Positions 1 through 13,167 of a stretch of 64,000 nt of DNA are shown here, one piece after another (positions within the stretch are counted from its first letter, which is position 1; every line of letters starts with the position of its first letter). Source of the DNA: Eledone cirrhosa (lineage: Eukaryota). The stretch covers positions 251,162,001 to 251,226,000 of the forward strand of contig OZ024743.1 in the NCBI GenBank assembly GCA_964016885.1, given 5' to 3'. Under the pieces are notes generated by a model, which was not told the DNA's origin, did not search any database, and saw only the letters and a list, made by a program, of their open reading frames with translations. The position numbers and the translations under genes are program-made.

Positions 1-796
1 TTCATTCTTACTGATGCACTCTCTCACTCACACACACACCCTCACTCATTCTTACTGATGCCCTCTCTCACTCACACACACACACACCCTCACTCATTCT
101 TACACATGCACTCTCTCACTCACACACCCTCAGTCATTCTTACACGTGCACTCTCTCACTCACACACACACACCCTCACTCATTCTTACACATGCACTCT
201 CTCACTCAAACACACACACACCCTCACTCATTCTTACACATGCACCCTCTCACTCACACACCCTCACTCATTCTTACACATGCACCCTCTCACTCACACA
301 CCCTCACTCATTCTTACACATGCACACTCTCACTCAAACACACACACCCACACTCATTCTCACTGATGCCCTCTCTCACTCACACAGACACACACACACA
401 CAGCCTCATTCATTCTTACACATGCACTCTCTCACTCACACACCCTCACTCATTCTTACACATGAACTCTCTCACTCACACACACACATACCCTCACTCA
501 TTCTTACAAATGCACCCTCTCACTCACACACCCTCACTCATTCTTACACATGCACTCTCTCACTCACACACCCTAAGTCATTCTTACACGTGCACTCTCT
601 CACTCACACACACACACCCTCACTCATTCTTACACATGCACTCTCTCACTCAAACACACACACACCCTCACTCATTCTTACACATGCACCCTCTCACTCA
701 CACACCCTCACTCATTCTTACACATGCACACTCTCACTCAAACACACACACCCACACTCATTCTCACTGATGCCCTCTCTCACTCACACAGACACA

Positions 797-833
<37 letters not shown>

Positions 834-3800
834 CCTCACTCATTCTTACACAGGCACTCTCTCACTCACACACCCTCACTCATTCTTACACATGAACTCT
901 CTCACTCACACACACACACAACACACTCTCACTTATTCTTACACATGCACTCTCTCACTCACACACCCTCACTCATTCTTAAACATGAACTCTCTCACTC
1001 ACACACACACACATCCTCACTCATTCTTACTGATGCACTCTCTCACTCACACACACACACACACACCCTCACCCATTCTTACTGATGCACTCTCTCACTC
1101 ACACACACACACATCCTCACTCATTCTTACACATGCACTCTCTCACTCACACACACACCCCCACTCATTCTTACACATGCACTCTCTCATGCACACACAT
1201 ACCCTCTCTCGTTCTTACACATGCCCTCTACACACTCACACACACACACACCCTCACTCATACTTACACATGCACCCTCTCACTCACACACCCTCACTCA
1301 TTCTTACACATGCACTCTCTCACTCACACACACACACCCACACTCATTCTCACTGATGCCCTCTCTCACTCACACACACACACATACCCTCACTCATTCT
1401 TACTGATGCACTCTCTCACTCACACACTCACACAGCTTCACTCATTCTTACACATGCACTCTCACACTCTCACACCCTCACTCATTCTTACTCATGAACT
1501 CTCTCACTCACACACACACCCTCTCTCATTCTTACAGATGCACTCTCTCACTCACACACCCTCATTCATTCTTACACATTAACTCTCTCACTAACACACA
1601 CACACCATCACTCATTCTTACAGATGCACTCTCTCACTCACACACACACACCTCACTCATTCTTACACACACACTCTCTCACTCACACACACACACACAC
1701 CCTCACACACACACACACACACACCCTCACTCATTCTTACTGATGCACTCTCTCGCTCTCACACAAACACACTCTCACTCATTCTTACTGATGTGCTCTC
1801 TCACTCACACACACACTCACGCTCACTCATTCTTACTGATGCACTCTCTCACTCACACACACACACACACACCCTCACTCATTCTTACACATGCACTCTC
1901 TCACTCACACACACACACTCTCACTCATTCTTACAGATGCACTCTCTCACTCACACACCCCCACTCATTCTTACACATTAACTCCCTCACTCACACACAC
2001 ACAACTCACTCATTCTTACAGATGCACTCTCTCACTCACACACACACACCCTCACTCATTCTTACACATGCACTCTCTCACACACACACACCCTCACTCA
2101 TTCTTACAGATGCACTCTCTCACTCACACACACACACACCCTCACTCATTCTTACTGAAGCACTCTCTCACTCACACACACACACACTCTCACTCATTCT
2201 TACTGATGCCCTCTCTCACTCACACACACACACACCCACCCTCACTCATTCTTACTGATGCACTCTCTCACTCACACACACACACACCCTCACTCATTCT
2301 TACTGATGCACTCTCTCACTCACACACACACACACCCTCACTCATTCATACACATGCTCTCTCTCACTCACACACACACACATCCTCACTCATTCTTACT
2401 GATGCACTCTCTCACTCACACACACACCCTCACTCATTCTTACACATGAACTCTCTCACTCACACACACACCCTCACTCATTCTTACACATGAACACTCT
2501 CACTCACACACACACACACTCTCACTCATTCTTACAGATGTACTCTCTCACTCACACACACACACCCTCACTCATTCTTACACATGAACACTCTCACTCA
2601 CTCACACACACACACACTCTCACTCATTCTTACAGATGCACTCTCTCACTCACACACACACACCCTCACTCATTCTTACACATGAACTCTCTCACTCACA
2701 CACACACCCTCTCTCATTCTTACTGATGCCCTCTCACACTCACACACACACACATCCTCACTCATTCTTACACATGCACCCTCTCACCCACACACCCTCA
2801 CTCATTCTTACACATGCACTCTCTCACTCACACACACACACCCACACTCATTCTCACTGATGCCCTCTCTCACTCACACACACACACACCCTCACTCATT
2901 CTTACTGATGCACTCTCTCACTCACACACACACACAGCTTCACTCATTCTTACACATGCACTCTCACACTCTCACACCCTCACTCATTCTTACACATGAA
3001 CTTTCTCACTCACACACACACCCTCTCTTCTTACAGATGCACTCTCTCACTCACACACCCTCATTCATTCTTACACATGAACTCTCTCACTCACACACAC
3101 ACACACACCATCACTCATTCTTACAGATACACTCTCTCACTCACACACACACACACACCTCACTCATTCTTACACATACACTCTCTCACTCACACACACA
3201 CACACCCTCACTCACACACACACACACCCTCACTCATTCTTACTGATGCACTCTCTCGCTCACACACACACACACTCTCACTCATTTTTACTGATGTGCT
3301 CTCTCACTCACACACACACTCACCCTCACTCATTCTTACTGATGCACTCTCTCACTCACACACACACACACGCTCACTCATTCTTACACATGCACTCTCT
3401 CACTCACACACACACACTGTCACTCATTCTTACAGATGCACTCTCTCACTCACACACCCCCACTCATTCTCACACCTGAACTCTCTCACTCACACACACA
3501 CACCCTCACTCATTCTTACAGATGCACTCTCTCACTCACACACACACACCCTCACTCATTCTTACACATGCACTCTCTCACTCACACACACACACACCCT
3601 CACTCACACACACACACACCCTCACTCATTCTTACTGATGCACTCTCTCGCTCTCACACACACACACACTCTCACTCATTCTTACTGATGTGCTCTCTCA
3701 CTGACACTCACCCTCACTCATTCTTACTGATGCACTCTCTCACTCACACACACTCTCACTCATTCTTACTGATGCACTCTCTCTCTCTCACTCACACACA

Positions 3801-5322
3801 CCCTCACTCATTCTTACACATGCACTCTCTCACTCACACTCACACACAACCTCACTCATTCTTACTGATGCACCCTCTCACTCACACACACACACAGTCA
3901 CTCATTCTTACACATGCACTCTCTCACTCACAAACACACACCCTCACTCATTCTTACACATGAACTCTCTGACTCACACACACACCCTCACTCATTCTTA
4001 CACATGCACTCTCTCACTCACACACACACACACACCCTCACTCATTCTTACACATGCACTCTCTCACTCACACACACACACTCCCACTCATTCTTACACA
4101 TGCACTCTCTCACTCACACACCCTCACTCATTCTTACACATGAACTCTCTCACTCACACACACACCCTCTCTCATTCTTACAGCTGCACTCTCTCACTCA
4201 CACACCCTCACTCATTCTTACACATGAACTCTCTCACTCACACACAGCCTCACTCATTCTTACAGATGCACTCTCTCACTCACACACACACACCCTCACT
4301 CATTCTTACACATGAACTCTCTCACTCACACACACACACACCCTCGCTCATTCTTACACATGAACTTTCTCACTCACACACACACTCTCACTCATTCTTA
4401 CACATGCACTCTCTCACTCACACACAGACACCCTCTCTTATTCTTACACATGCACTCTCTCACTCACACACACACACACCCTCACTCATTCTTACTGATG
4501 TGCTCTCTCACTCACACACACAATCACCCTCACTCATTCTTAATGATGCACTATCTCACTCACACACACACACACCCTCACTCATTCTTACACATGCTTT
4601 CTCTCACTCACACACACACACACACACCCTCACTCATTCTTACAGATGCACTCTCTCACTCACACACCTTCACTCATTCTTACACATGCACTCTCTCACT
4701 CACACACACACACCCTCACTCATTCTTACTGATGCACGCTCTCACTCACACACACACACACACCCTCACTCATTCTTACTGATGCACTCTCTCGCTCACA
4801 CACACACACACACTCTCACTCATTCTTACTGATGCACTCTCTCGCTCACACACACACTCTCACTCATTCTTACTGGTGCACTCTCTCACTCACACACACA
4901 CACACCCTCACTCATTCTTACTGATGCACTCTCTCACTCACACACACACACACACCCTCACTCATTCTTACTGATGCACTCTCTCACTCACACACACACA
5001 CACACCCTCACTCCTTCTTACTGATGCACTCTCTCGCTCACACACACACACACACTCTCACTCATTCTTACTGATGCACTCTCTCACTCACACACACACA
5101 CACCCTCACTCATTCTTACTGATGCACTCTCTCACTCACACACACACACACACCCTCACTCATTCTTACTGATGCACTCTCTCACTCACACACACACACA
5201 CACCCTCACTCATTCTTACTGATGCACTCTCTCGCTCACACACACACACACACACTCTCACTCATTCTTACTGATGCACTCTCTCACTCACACACACACA
5301 CACACACACCCTCACTCATTCT
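1..5322. repeat. Compound minisatellite, ~38-48 bp unit CTCACTCATTCTTAC(ACAT/TGAT/AGAT)GCACTCTCTCACT(CA)n; runs off the left edge
   Basis: Over 100 tandem units with variable (CA)n. The His/Thr/Ser ORFs here are repeat read-through. Confidence 0.97.
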
Positions 5323-6762
5323 GTCTTTCTTTCTCCCACTCACTCTCTCTGCCTTCCCCTCTCTCTCTACCAATATCCCATCCCAGTTAATGTTCAGTAT
5401 ATTCTGAATACTTATAGTTTCTTACTTTCCCCACTTTCTCATTCTCTCTATCCTATCTTCCCCTAGCTTCCTCCCTCGTAATGCCCTCCTTACTCTCCCT
5501 CTCTCTTCTTTCTATATCGCCCAGGATTCTACTTTTTATGTCTACATTTTTATGTTTTTACATATATATTTGTGCGAGTTCTAGATGTAGATTTTACAAA
5601 AATGGCTACACATATGTTTGATTGTGAATCTGGTTAAATGTAGTGTGTATGTGTTTGTGAGCTGTGTATATGTGAGTGTATGGTAGAGTGTGTGTGTTTG
5701 TGATTTCATGTGCATTTATGTGCATGTGTGATGTACATGTGTATGAGAATGTGTACAGTCGGGTATCTGTATGTATGAATAATCATATATGGCTGTATAT
5801 GTACATTATGTGTGTGTGTATATAATATATATATATATATGCCACATACGGAATGAATATCTATAAATGTGTATGTACATACATATATATGTATGCTAAA
5901 ACGTAATAAATCATATACATATATGTGTGCTTACACATTTTATGCATATATCTATATATAACCATCTGATGGAAGGAGAAATTTTCAGAAAAAATATCAA
6001 CACCTTCAAGAACATTTGGCAAGTTTCTACATAATTTACTTGAAATACATAATCGAGTAAATAGAGCTAATTAAGGTAAAAACAAAAAAAAAACAAAAAA
6101 AAAAAAAAGATAGATGAATACTTACTTAAGCAATATTCAACATCCTGATATATTTTAATGAGACAGCAACAACAACAACAAAGAAATGCCTGAAATTTGA
6201 TTAGCTGGAATTTTCAGTTAATACCAACTATTTGCCAGGCAAAACCCTTTTCATAATACACCCATCCACCACTATAATAATAATAATAATGATATATAAT
6301 GATATAAAAAAAGCTATAATAATGAAAAACAATAATATAAATAAAAGTTTAAAAAATTAAATAATAAAGCTACGATAACCAATTTTAGTAATTTAATAAA
6401 TTTTTGGCAGCCACTGATGAAAGAAGATATACGGAAAATTATATGTATATAAAGAAACCAAACTGAATGAAACACCCTATATAAAGATGAAGATTATTTT
6501 ACCTATTTAATATATTTACTTAATATATTATTTACTTAATATATTATTTATTTAATATATTTCCTTTATGTATTAAACATTGAAATGAAAGTTATAGAAA
6601 TGATGCTCTTTTTTCAGTTAATTGTCACAACAGTTTTTTTGAAAGGGAAGAATATCTGGTCCCCAATAATGAAAATAATAAAAACAATATGTTTACTGAG
6701 CAGCAGTAGTATTAGATTAGTAGTAGCAGTAGTATTAGTAGTAAACATTTAATTATAAATAT

Positions 6763-7108
6763 CATCATTCATCATCATCATCATTTTATGTCCGCTTTTT
6801 CCCTGCTTGCAAGGGTGGGACGGGAACTGATTCTGGCTTGATTTCTACAGCTGGATGCCCTTCCTAACACCAACCTCATTTACAGTGAGTGTTGGGTGCT
6901 TTTTTGCTGTGGCACCTGCATGACCACTTTGCAGTGGAATGATAGGGAACCTAGTCCCTATCATCTCATTTCTACAGCTGAGTAAACTGGAGCAATGTGA
7001 AATAAAGTGTCTTGCTCAAGGAAACAACACATCACCCGGTCTGAGAATTGAACTCACAACCTTTCGATTGCAAGACCAATGCTCTAACCACTAAGCCATG
7101 TGCCTCCA
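6763..7108 (-). mobile_element. tRNA-derived SINE family A (CORE-like centre, RTE-type 3' tail), copy 1
   Basis: Minus strand: GGAGGCACATGGCTTAGTGGTTAGAGC (A box), GAGTTCAATTCTC (B box), TCCTTGAGCAAGACACTT (CORE-like), tail GCAAGCAGGGAAAAAGCGGAC(ATG)n. Five near-identical copies in the window. Confidence 0.9.
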
Positions 7109-7228
7109 AATATAAGGATGCATTTTATTATTTAGAAAGGAAATATGAATAGGAAGAAAAGGCTATAGAGTTTAGCTTGGATATGTAGCAATAGTAGTAG
7201 TATCAATGGTGTCTAATTTAGGCCTAAT

Positions 7229-7428
7229 TAATCGACCCCAGTACATGATTAGTACTATATTTAATCAATCCTACATACATTGTTAATACTATATTTAATC
7301 GACACCAATACATAACTGGTACTATATTACATCTACCCAGTACATCACAAGTACTATATTAAATCAACCCAAGTTCTTGACCGTTATTATATTTCATCAA
7401 CCCCAGTACTTGACTGGTATCATATTTT
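7229..7428. repeat. Short tandem array (~31-33 bp, ~6 units) derived from the SINE family B body
   Basis: Repeated degenerate ATCGACCCCAGTACATGACTGGTACTATATTT, matching the motif at 7706-7750. Confidence 0.65.
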
Positions 7429-7647
7429 ATGGTAGTATCGGTAGAGCATCAGACACCATGCTTCGTAGCATAGAGTTGTGGTCCTTTACGTTCTGAGTTC
7501 AAATCCCACTGATTGAACCGAACCCAGATATATTAAAAGGTAAAGTTGATCTGAGTGGGATGTGAACTCAGAACATTTCAAATTGGAGCAAAAACACAAG
7601 GTATTTTGTCTGATACACTAATAATTTGGCTCACTCGTTAATGATAA

Positions 7648-7812
7648 TAATGGTTTCTTATATAGGCACAAGGCCAGCATATTTTTGGGGAGGGGGAAGT
7701 TGATTAAATCGACCCTGGTGTGTGACTGGTACTTTATTTTATCGACCCCATAAGGATGAAAGGCAAAGTTAACCTCAATGGGTTTTGAACTCACAATGTA
7801 AAGGACTATAAC
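7648..7812 (-). mobile_element. SINE family B (Meta/MESC-like domain), partial copy
   Basis: GGTACTTTATTTTATCGACCCCATAAGGATGAAAGGCAAAGTTAACCTC...TTTGAACTC, the reverse complement of the 55774 copy. Confidence 0.8.
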
Positions 7813-7894
7813 ACTTTCTTTACTTTTAATCTTTCCCTTTTCTGAACCCAGTTCTGCTGAGGTAAAAGTCCTTCTTTACTATTTATCATGTGGT

Positions 7895-8170
7895 AATTAA
7901 AAATTGAAGTTGCACAAATGTGGTCAATACCACCTAACATTGAGAGAATTCCAATAGTGATGTGATTGAAGCTTTGGGCTCATTTCGAGTAAAACTGAGA
8001 GGGTGTCTTCAAGAAATAGACGTTAATTTAAAGATTGTTCTACTACAAATGGCTGTCCTATTGGGCACTGCACATATACCCAGGAAAAGGTCCTTGTTGA
8101 AACATGACAGGCAATAGAAGATCCAATAATAATATTTACTGTGGGACCATCAATAGTAATAACAATATTT
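7895..8170 (+). mobile_element. C-terminal remnant of an RLE-type (R4/Dong-like) non-LTR retrotransposon
   Basis: Manual translation across a frameshift gives KIEVAQMWS..RIPIV / EALGSFRVKLRGCLQEI..LLQMAVLLGTAHIPRK. This resembles the 'PIVIGALG...LQKAALLGTAHILRK' terminus and is followed by an (AAT)n-like tail. Confidence 0.65.
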
Positions 8171-8465
8171 GATATAATATGATAAAAGTTCAAATGTACA
8201 TAGCTAGATGTAAAAGTAAGGTCTTTTGAACACACATTCTTACACACACATATATATGTATGTATGTGTGAATATATATATTTATATGTGTGTATATGTA
8301 GAGTGTATTATTTGTGTGTTTATGAAAACATATCCACAGATGCGTGCAGGAATGTCAGAAAGTAAGAATATTGATGGATTCATACAGCCTACGCACCAAT
8401 ATGGTAAACTGTAATCTTCACTGAGTGAATACACTCATTCACACTGCCACACACATACGTGTGTA

Positions 8466-8516
<51 letters not shown>

Positions 8517-9705
8517 TTATTTATTTATAGTTGAAATTGTCAATCATGTTATATTGCAATAAATTACATTTATATCAACATTATTTCAATGAGTCTTTCT
8601 CTGTTTGTTTTTCTTCTATTTCCTTTCTCTCTCTCTCTCAGAAGAAAGAAATTGAGATAGATAGATAGAAAGAAAAACAAAACATGAATGAAGGAATGAT
8701 GGCATGAAAGTATGTAGGTAGCATGTGAATTGGGCTCAGAGAATTGTAGATTGCTTCATTTAAATTGAAGAGAACATTGATTGAGCTATCACGAGAGAAT
8801 GGATTAATGCCAAGAGGATAAAGTATATAAGAATTAGTGCTGGATGGAAGAAAAAGAGAAAAAAAGAATGGTAAGATAATCCTTTTCTGAATCATAGGGA
8901 TATCTGGGACACTGTTCAACATTAGTGGTAGCACTAACACAGTGTGATTCAAAATAAAGGCCCATATGGAGACACACATATAAGTTTCATATTCTGCTTT
9001 ATCCATGTTCATATTTGCAAGTATGTATTATACAGGTAATTGCTATGTCCAGTTTTGATTAGATTTAAACATTGTTCACTTGTGGGGCAGCAAACAGCTT
9101 TTATTTCTAATTTTATCTCCCTTGATTCCTCGCACTCTCTTTTTGGGATGAAAGCCCCTATATTTCCTTCCTCTCCGGCATTGCTTATCCACATACACTT
9201 GTCTTTTTACAAGTCTCATACACATTTTTGATGTTGTTTGAGGAGAAATACTTGTTCATATTCACCTGTTCTCTTTAGTTTCCGTTTGGTTACTTTGTTG
9301 TTGTGTTCTCTTACATGGCAATAATACTACAATCCTACTCGATGATATGAAATTGTATTTCTAGAGGAAAGCCAAAGAGGAGAATAGAGGCTTGTATTTG
9401 TTTTTATGTTCATTTTTGTATGTGCACATTTACTTATATATATATATATATATACATATATATAAGCGTATTGTTCCTATCATTTTTGAGGTTGCAAAGG
9501 TTCATACTTTTCCAATGAAAATGACTAAATTTTCCAGCAACAATTTTGGGGGGATGTCACTCTCTTTCTCTCTATATATATGTATATATATGTATATTAT
9601 ATATATGTATTATATGTATATATTATATATATTATATATATATATATAATTCGTTTTTGAATGTGTTTTGTGAGATTTCTTATCTGAAAGCGTGTGTTGA
9701 AACAG

Positions 9706-10019
9706 ATATTGTTATACTTTGGGAGGGTCATGTTACCAATGAAAACACACGCACCTGTTGGTTTTCACTTCAATTTATTATGAATTTCCGGTTGATTTGG
9801 TTTGATAACCGGAAAGTTATTTATATATTGTCAAAGCTCTTTTGTTACACATTCTGAGGAGGTCACAGAATCTGTGATGAAAGAACTTTGACATTATATA
9901 AACAACCTTCCGGTCATCGAACCAACCAGCCAACCGGAAATGTATAATAAATTAAAGTGAAAAGCAACAGGTATGTGTGTTTTTATTGGCAACAAGACCC
10001 TCCCAAAGTATAACAATAT
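9706..10019. repeat. ~310 bp imperfect foldback (Penelope-like inverted end or MITE) with a hammerhead-like core at the apex
   Basis: ATATTGTTATACTTTGGGAGGGTC...GACCCTCCCAAAGTATAACAATAT with ~150 bp arms. One arm recurs at 16727-16890. Confidence 0.85.
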
Positions 10020-10027
10020 ATATATAT

Positions 10028-10245
10028 AAAGTGCTCAAGTGCAGAAATGCTATAAAGATAGCTTATAAAATAGGGTGAACACCCTTAAAAGATGGAAAAA
10101 GAAGTTGCCATTTGGCCACTAATCTGGAAGATATGGAGTTCAGTTCCTCATTGCGGCTGATGGTGGCAACTTCTTTTTCCGTCTTTTAAGTGTGTTTACT
10201 CTATTTATAAGCTATGTTTATAGCATTTCTGTGCTTGAGCACTTT
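10028..10245. repeat. Foldback/MITE-like element, ~85 bp arms
   Basis: AAAGTGCTCAAGTGCAGAAATGCTATAAA...AAGAAGTTGCCA pairs with TGGCAACTTCTT...TTTATAGCATTTCTGTGCTTGAGCACTTT. Confidence 0.8.
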
Positions 10246-10254
10246 CTTTATACT

Positions 10255-10594
10255 TCATCATCATCATCATTTTACGTCCGCTTTTCCCTGCTTGCAAGGG
10301 TGGGACGGGAACTGATTCTGGCTAGATTTCTACAGCTGGATGCCCTTCTTAACACCAACCTCATTTTACAGTGAGTGCTGGGTGCTTTTTTGCCGTGGCA
10401 CCTCCACGACCACTTTTCAGTGGAATGATAGGGACTGGGGTCCCTATCATCTCCTTTCTACAGCTGAGTAAACTGGGGCAATATGAAATAAAGTGTCTTG
10501 CTCAAGGAAACATCACATCACTCGGTCTGAGAATTGAACTCACAACCTTTCGATTGCAAGGCCAATGCTTTAACCACTAAGCCATGTGCCTCCA
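10255..10594 (-). mobile_element. SINE family A, copy 2
   Basis: Near-identical to 6763-7108. Confidence 0.9.
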
Positions 10595-11059
10595 TGTTAT
10601 ATATAGATATAGATATTATCAGCGCTTCAAAAGCTGAATATTCAGCTTCGTACATTATATATACACATACATATCATCATCATCATTACGTCCGTTTCTC
10701 ACACCTTTGGTCCCTGCATTACAGAACATGCTTAATTTTTTTTATTTTCGGCTTCCTTTCTTGTAAAGTACACTTATTGCCTAGCTTCTCTCTTAGTCTC
10801 ATGGTAGTTTTCTCTACTTCCCCCATCCTGCCATTCTTTCAATACCTGTATTTTGGTCTTAATTGTCTCCTCCATCCTAGTGTTTCACTTTCCTTTTCCC
10901 TAGAGACTTGCCCCAACCACAGATTTTGTTTGTTGCCTTCAGTAGGTTATCTTTCATGATTCCCCACTGTTCCACTATATTGTATGTCTCTTTTTGCTCT
11001 TGTTTACTGTCAAAAGCATCAAGCAACATACATCTAAATTTGTTACTGGCTGCAGAGTC

Positions 11060-11455
11060 CTTTAACTTCCATATTCTCCTCCTCCATTTTGTCCTCTGTC
11101 ATCTAGTTCATCTAGCCTTAACTATAAGGTTGCTAACTACTAGGTTATGTTGGGCGGTGCATTCTTCACAAGGGTGGGACTTTCTATTTACAACTGTCAC
11201 TCTGTCTTGTCTTCTGGTAAGGATAAAATCTATCTGGCTTGTATGCTCCCCTGATCTATAGGTGATTAAGTGATTGTCTCATTTTTTGAAGTTCCTTTTA
11301 CAGATAGATCATTAGTGTCACAGAATTCCAGCAACCTGAAACCTTCCTCATTTCTATCACCAAAGCCATAATCCCTGTGAATCTCATTGAAACCATCACA
11401 GTGTTGACGACATGCACATTAATGGTGCCAGCAATGATTATGAAGTCACCATCAC
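11060..11455 (-). mobile_element. Degraded RTE LINE fragment (AP endonuclease region)
   Basis: Minus strand aligns by eye to 35620-36010 (GFRLLEFCDTN, NHLITYRSGEHTSQIDFIL, PCEECTAQHNLVVS). Confidence 0.8.
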
Positions 11456-11740
11456 ACATCAACATTCTTTTGTTCAAGCATCTCTAACACACACACACAC
11501 ATATATGCATTCACGCACACAGACACATATAGTATATACACACACACATAGATATATCTGTACACACACGCATATTTAGTAACAGAATAGTTTTCTGTTG
11601 GGAATGGAAGGAGACACAATTAAAATAAAGTGGTCAATGAATAGTGCAGAACATTCTATCCAATGCCCTCTTAAAAATTAATTGAAATGCAATGCATTTT
11701 ATTAGAAATATAATCATTAAAAGGTTACTCAGAAAAGGGT

Positions 11741-11968
11741 TTAACCCTTTAGCATTTACATTACTCTATATTTATTACTGTATTTTCACAGTAAAATTTT
11801 ATCTGACATAATTATCTCACATAATATCGAATCTATGAGATTTTTATATTATTTAATTTGAGAACAATACCTTAACCTCAGTATGAGTAGCCAGGTACAG
11901 CTGGTTTGAACAGAAAGAGGTGAGAGAATTTTGACCAGATATGGCTGGTTTAAATGCTAAAGTGTTAA
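11741..11968 (+). mobile_element. piggyBac-type MITE family P1
   Basis: TTAA|CCCTTTAGCATTTA ... TAAATGCTAAAGTG|TTAA: TIRs with a TTAA target duplication. Other copies at 38846, 41679 and 31722 (partial). Confidence 0.8.
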
Positions 11969-13167
11969 GTAATATATAAAGTGGGATGGAGTTATAGTGT
12001 TTTGTATTCCAGAAGCAACAACATATACAAAACCTGGGCATCTGAATATAGGGAAACATTGACACCATACGGTGGTGACCTGAGAGTTAGTAAAGCTATT
12101 TATCTGAAAACAAAGAACCAAGTTGATTTTCTTTATGATATCATTTGCTACTTTGGTAATGAGGAATTACAAAAGATTTCACATCAGATGGCCTTCAAGC
12201 CCTCAAGCAATTGGGTGTAGCATTGAATTCCAATCATTAAATATAGTAAAAAGAAATGTGATTTATAAATTCTCTACAGACATAAGAGTAACTGTTTAAA
12301 ATTATCTCCCATTAATATTGCAATTATATTTATTTATTTATTTATTTATAATCTTTTTACCTCCTGCTATAATTTCTTTACATTTATGCAATCAGCTATC
12401 TGAGTATTAAAACGAGATATTCCCTTAACAAATAATATAGCTTCCACAGAGAGAACCAAGCCTAAACTCTAATTCCCTGGAGAGTATAAGAAATATAATT
12501 TTGTATATGATAGATCAAGCCATTCTTTGTTATTTTAGTTCCCCATAAAATTCTTCAATATCTAGATGGGCTTAGGCTATATAGAAATGTAATCTTCCCA
12601 GAGACATTTGCAGTCAATATAAATTCCTAACCTAAAACAGTGTGTGTATCTGGATGATAAAACACATGCAGGCTTTCCTCCACCGATTTTATTTTTTCAA
12701 ATTTCCTCTTGTCTATCCTGTTACTTCTATCATCCAATGAAGAACTAATGTCTGAAACGTTAAGACTCTTTTTCTATTATATCATGTGTTAAACTAATAT
12801 CTTCATTGTTTTTCCTTATCAACCTTTTGCATAGATAGATACGTACATACACACACAGTGTGAGAGAGACTGATCCAATTGATGAGGCAGAATATATTAT
12901 ACTCTCATATGGTATGAAGTAGTTTTTCTCCCATATTCTAAAATAAACTTATATATGTGTGTCAACATGTGTGTGTATATGAATATATTGCTTCTATATT
13001 TGTTTTCAATAACTCAAAGTGAAGTTGTGTGCTAAAACAGATTATGTTGTAGTTTGAGTGGGTCGTTTTGTCAATAAAGAATACGCATACACTGGTTGGG
13101 GTTTAATTTTGGTTTTAGTTAAAGAAAACAGTACAGCTCGCATTACTTTCAGAAACATTTTTTCATG

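Noticed and set aside
58-5407. Many His/Thr/Ser-rich ORFs
   Set aside because: They overlap in all frames and are minisatellite read-through.
6415-6450. CTGATGA...GAAA motif (similar ones at 19552, 23373, 46941)
   Set aside because: No stem II or stem I pairing; chance matches in AT-rich DNA.
7030-7108. Possible tRNA genes at SINE heads (also 10594, 18650, 50468, 59666)
   Set aside because: Each continues into the same SINE body and tail, with no proper acceptor stem or terminator.
8023-8247. 74 aa minus-strand ORF that looks protein-like
   Set aside because: It is antisense to the R4/Dong-like retrotransposon C-terminus on the plus strand.
12013-12085. Possible small plus-strand exons (also 8340-8403)
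   Set aside because: Splice-like signals only, with no recognisable protein similarity or consistent gene model.
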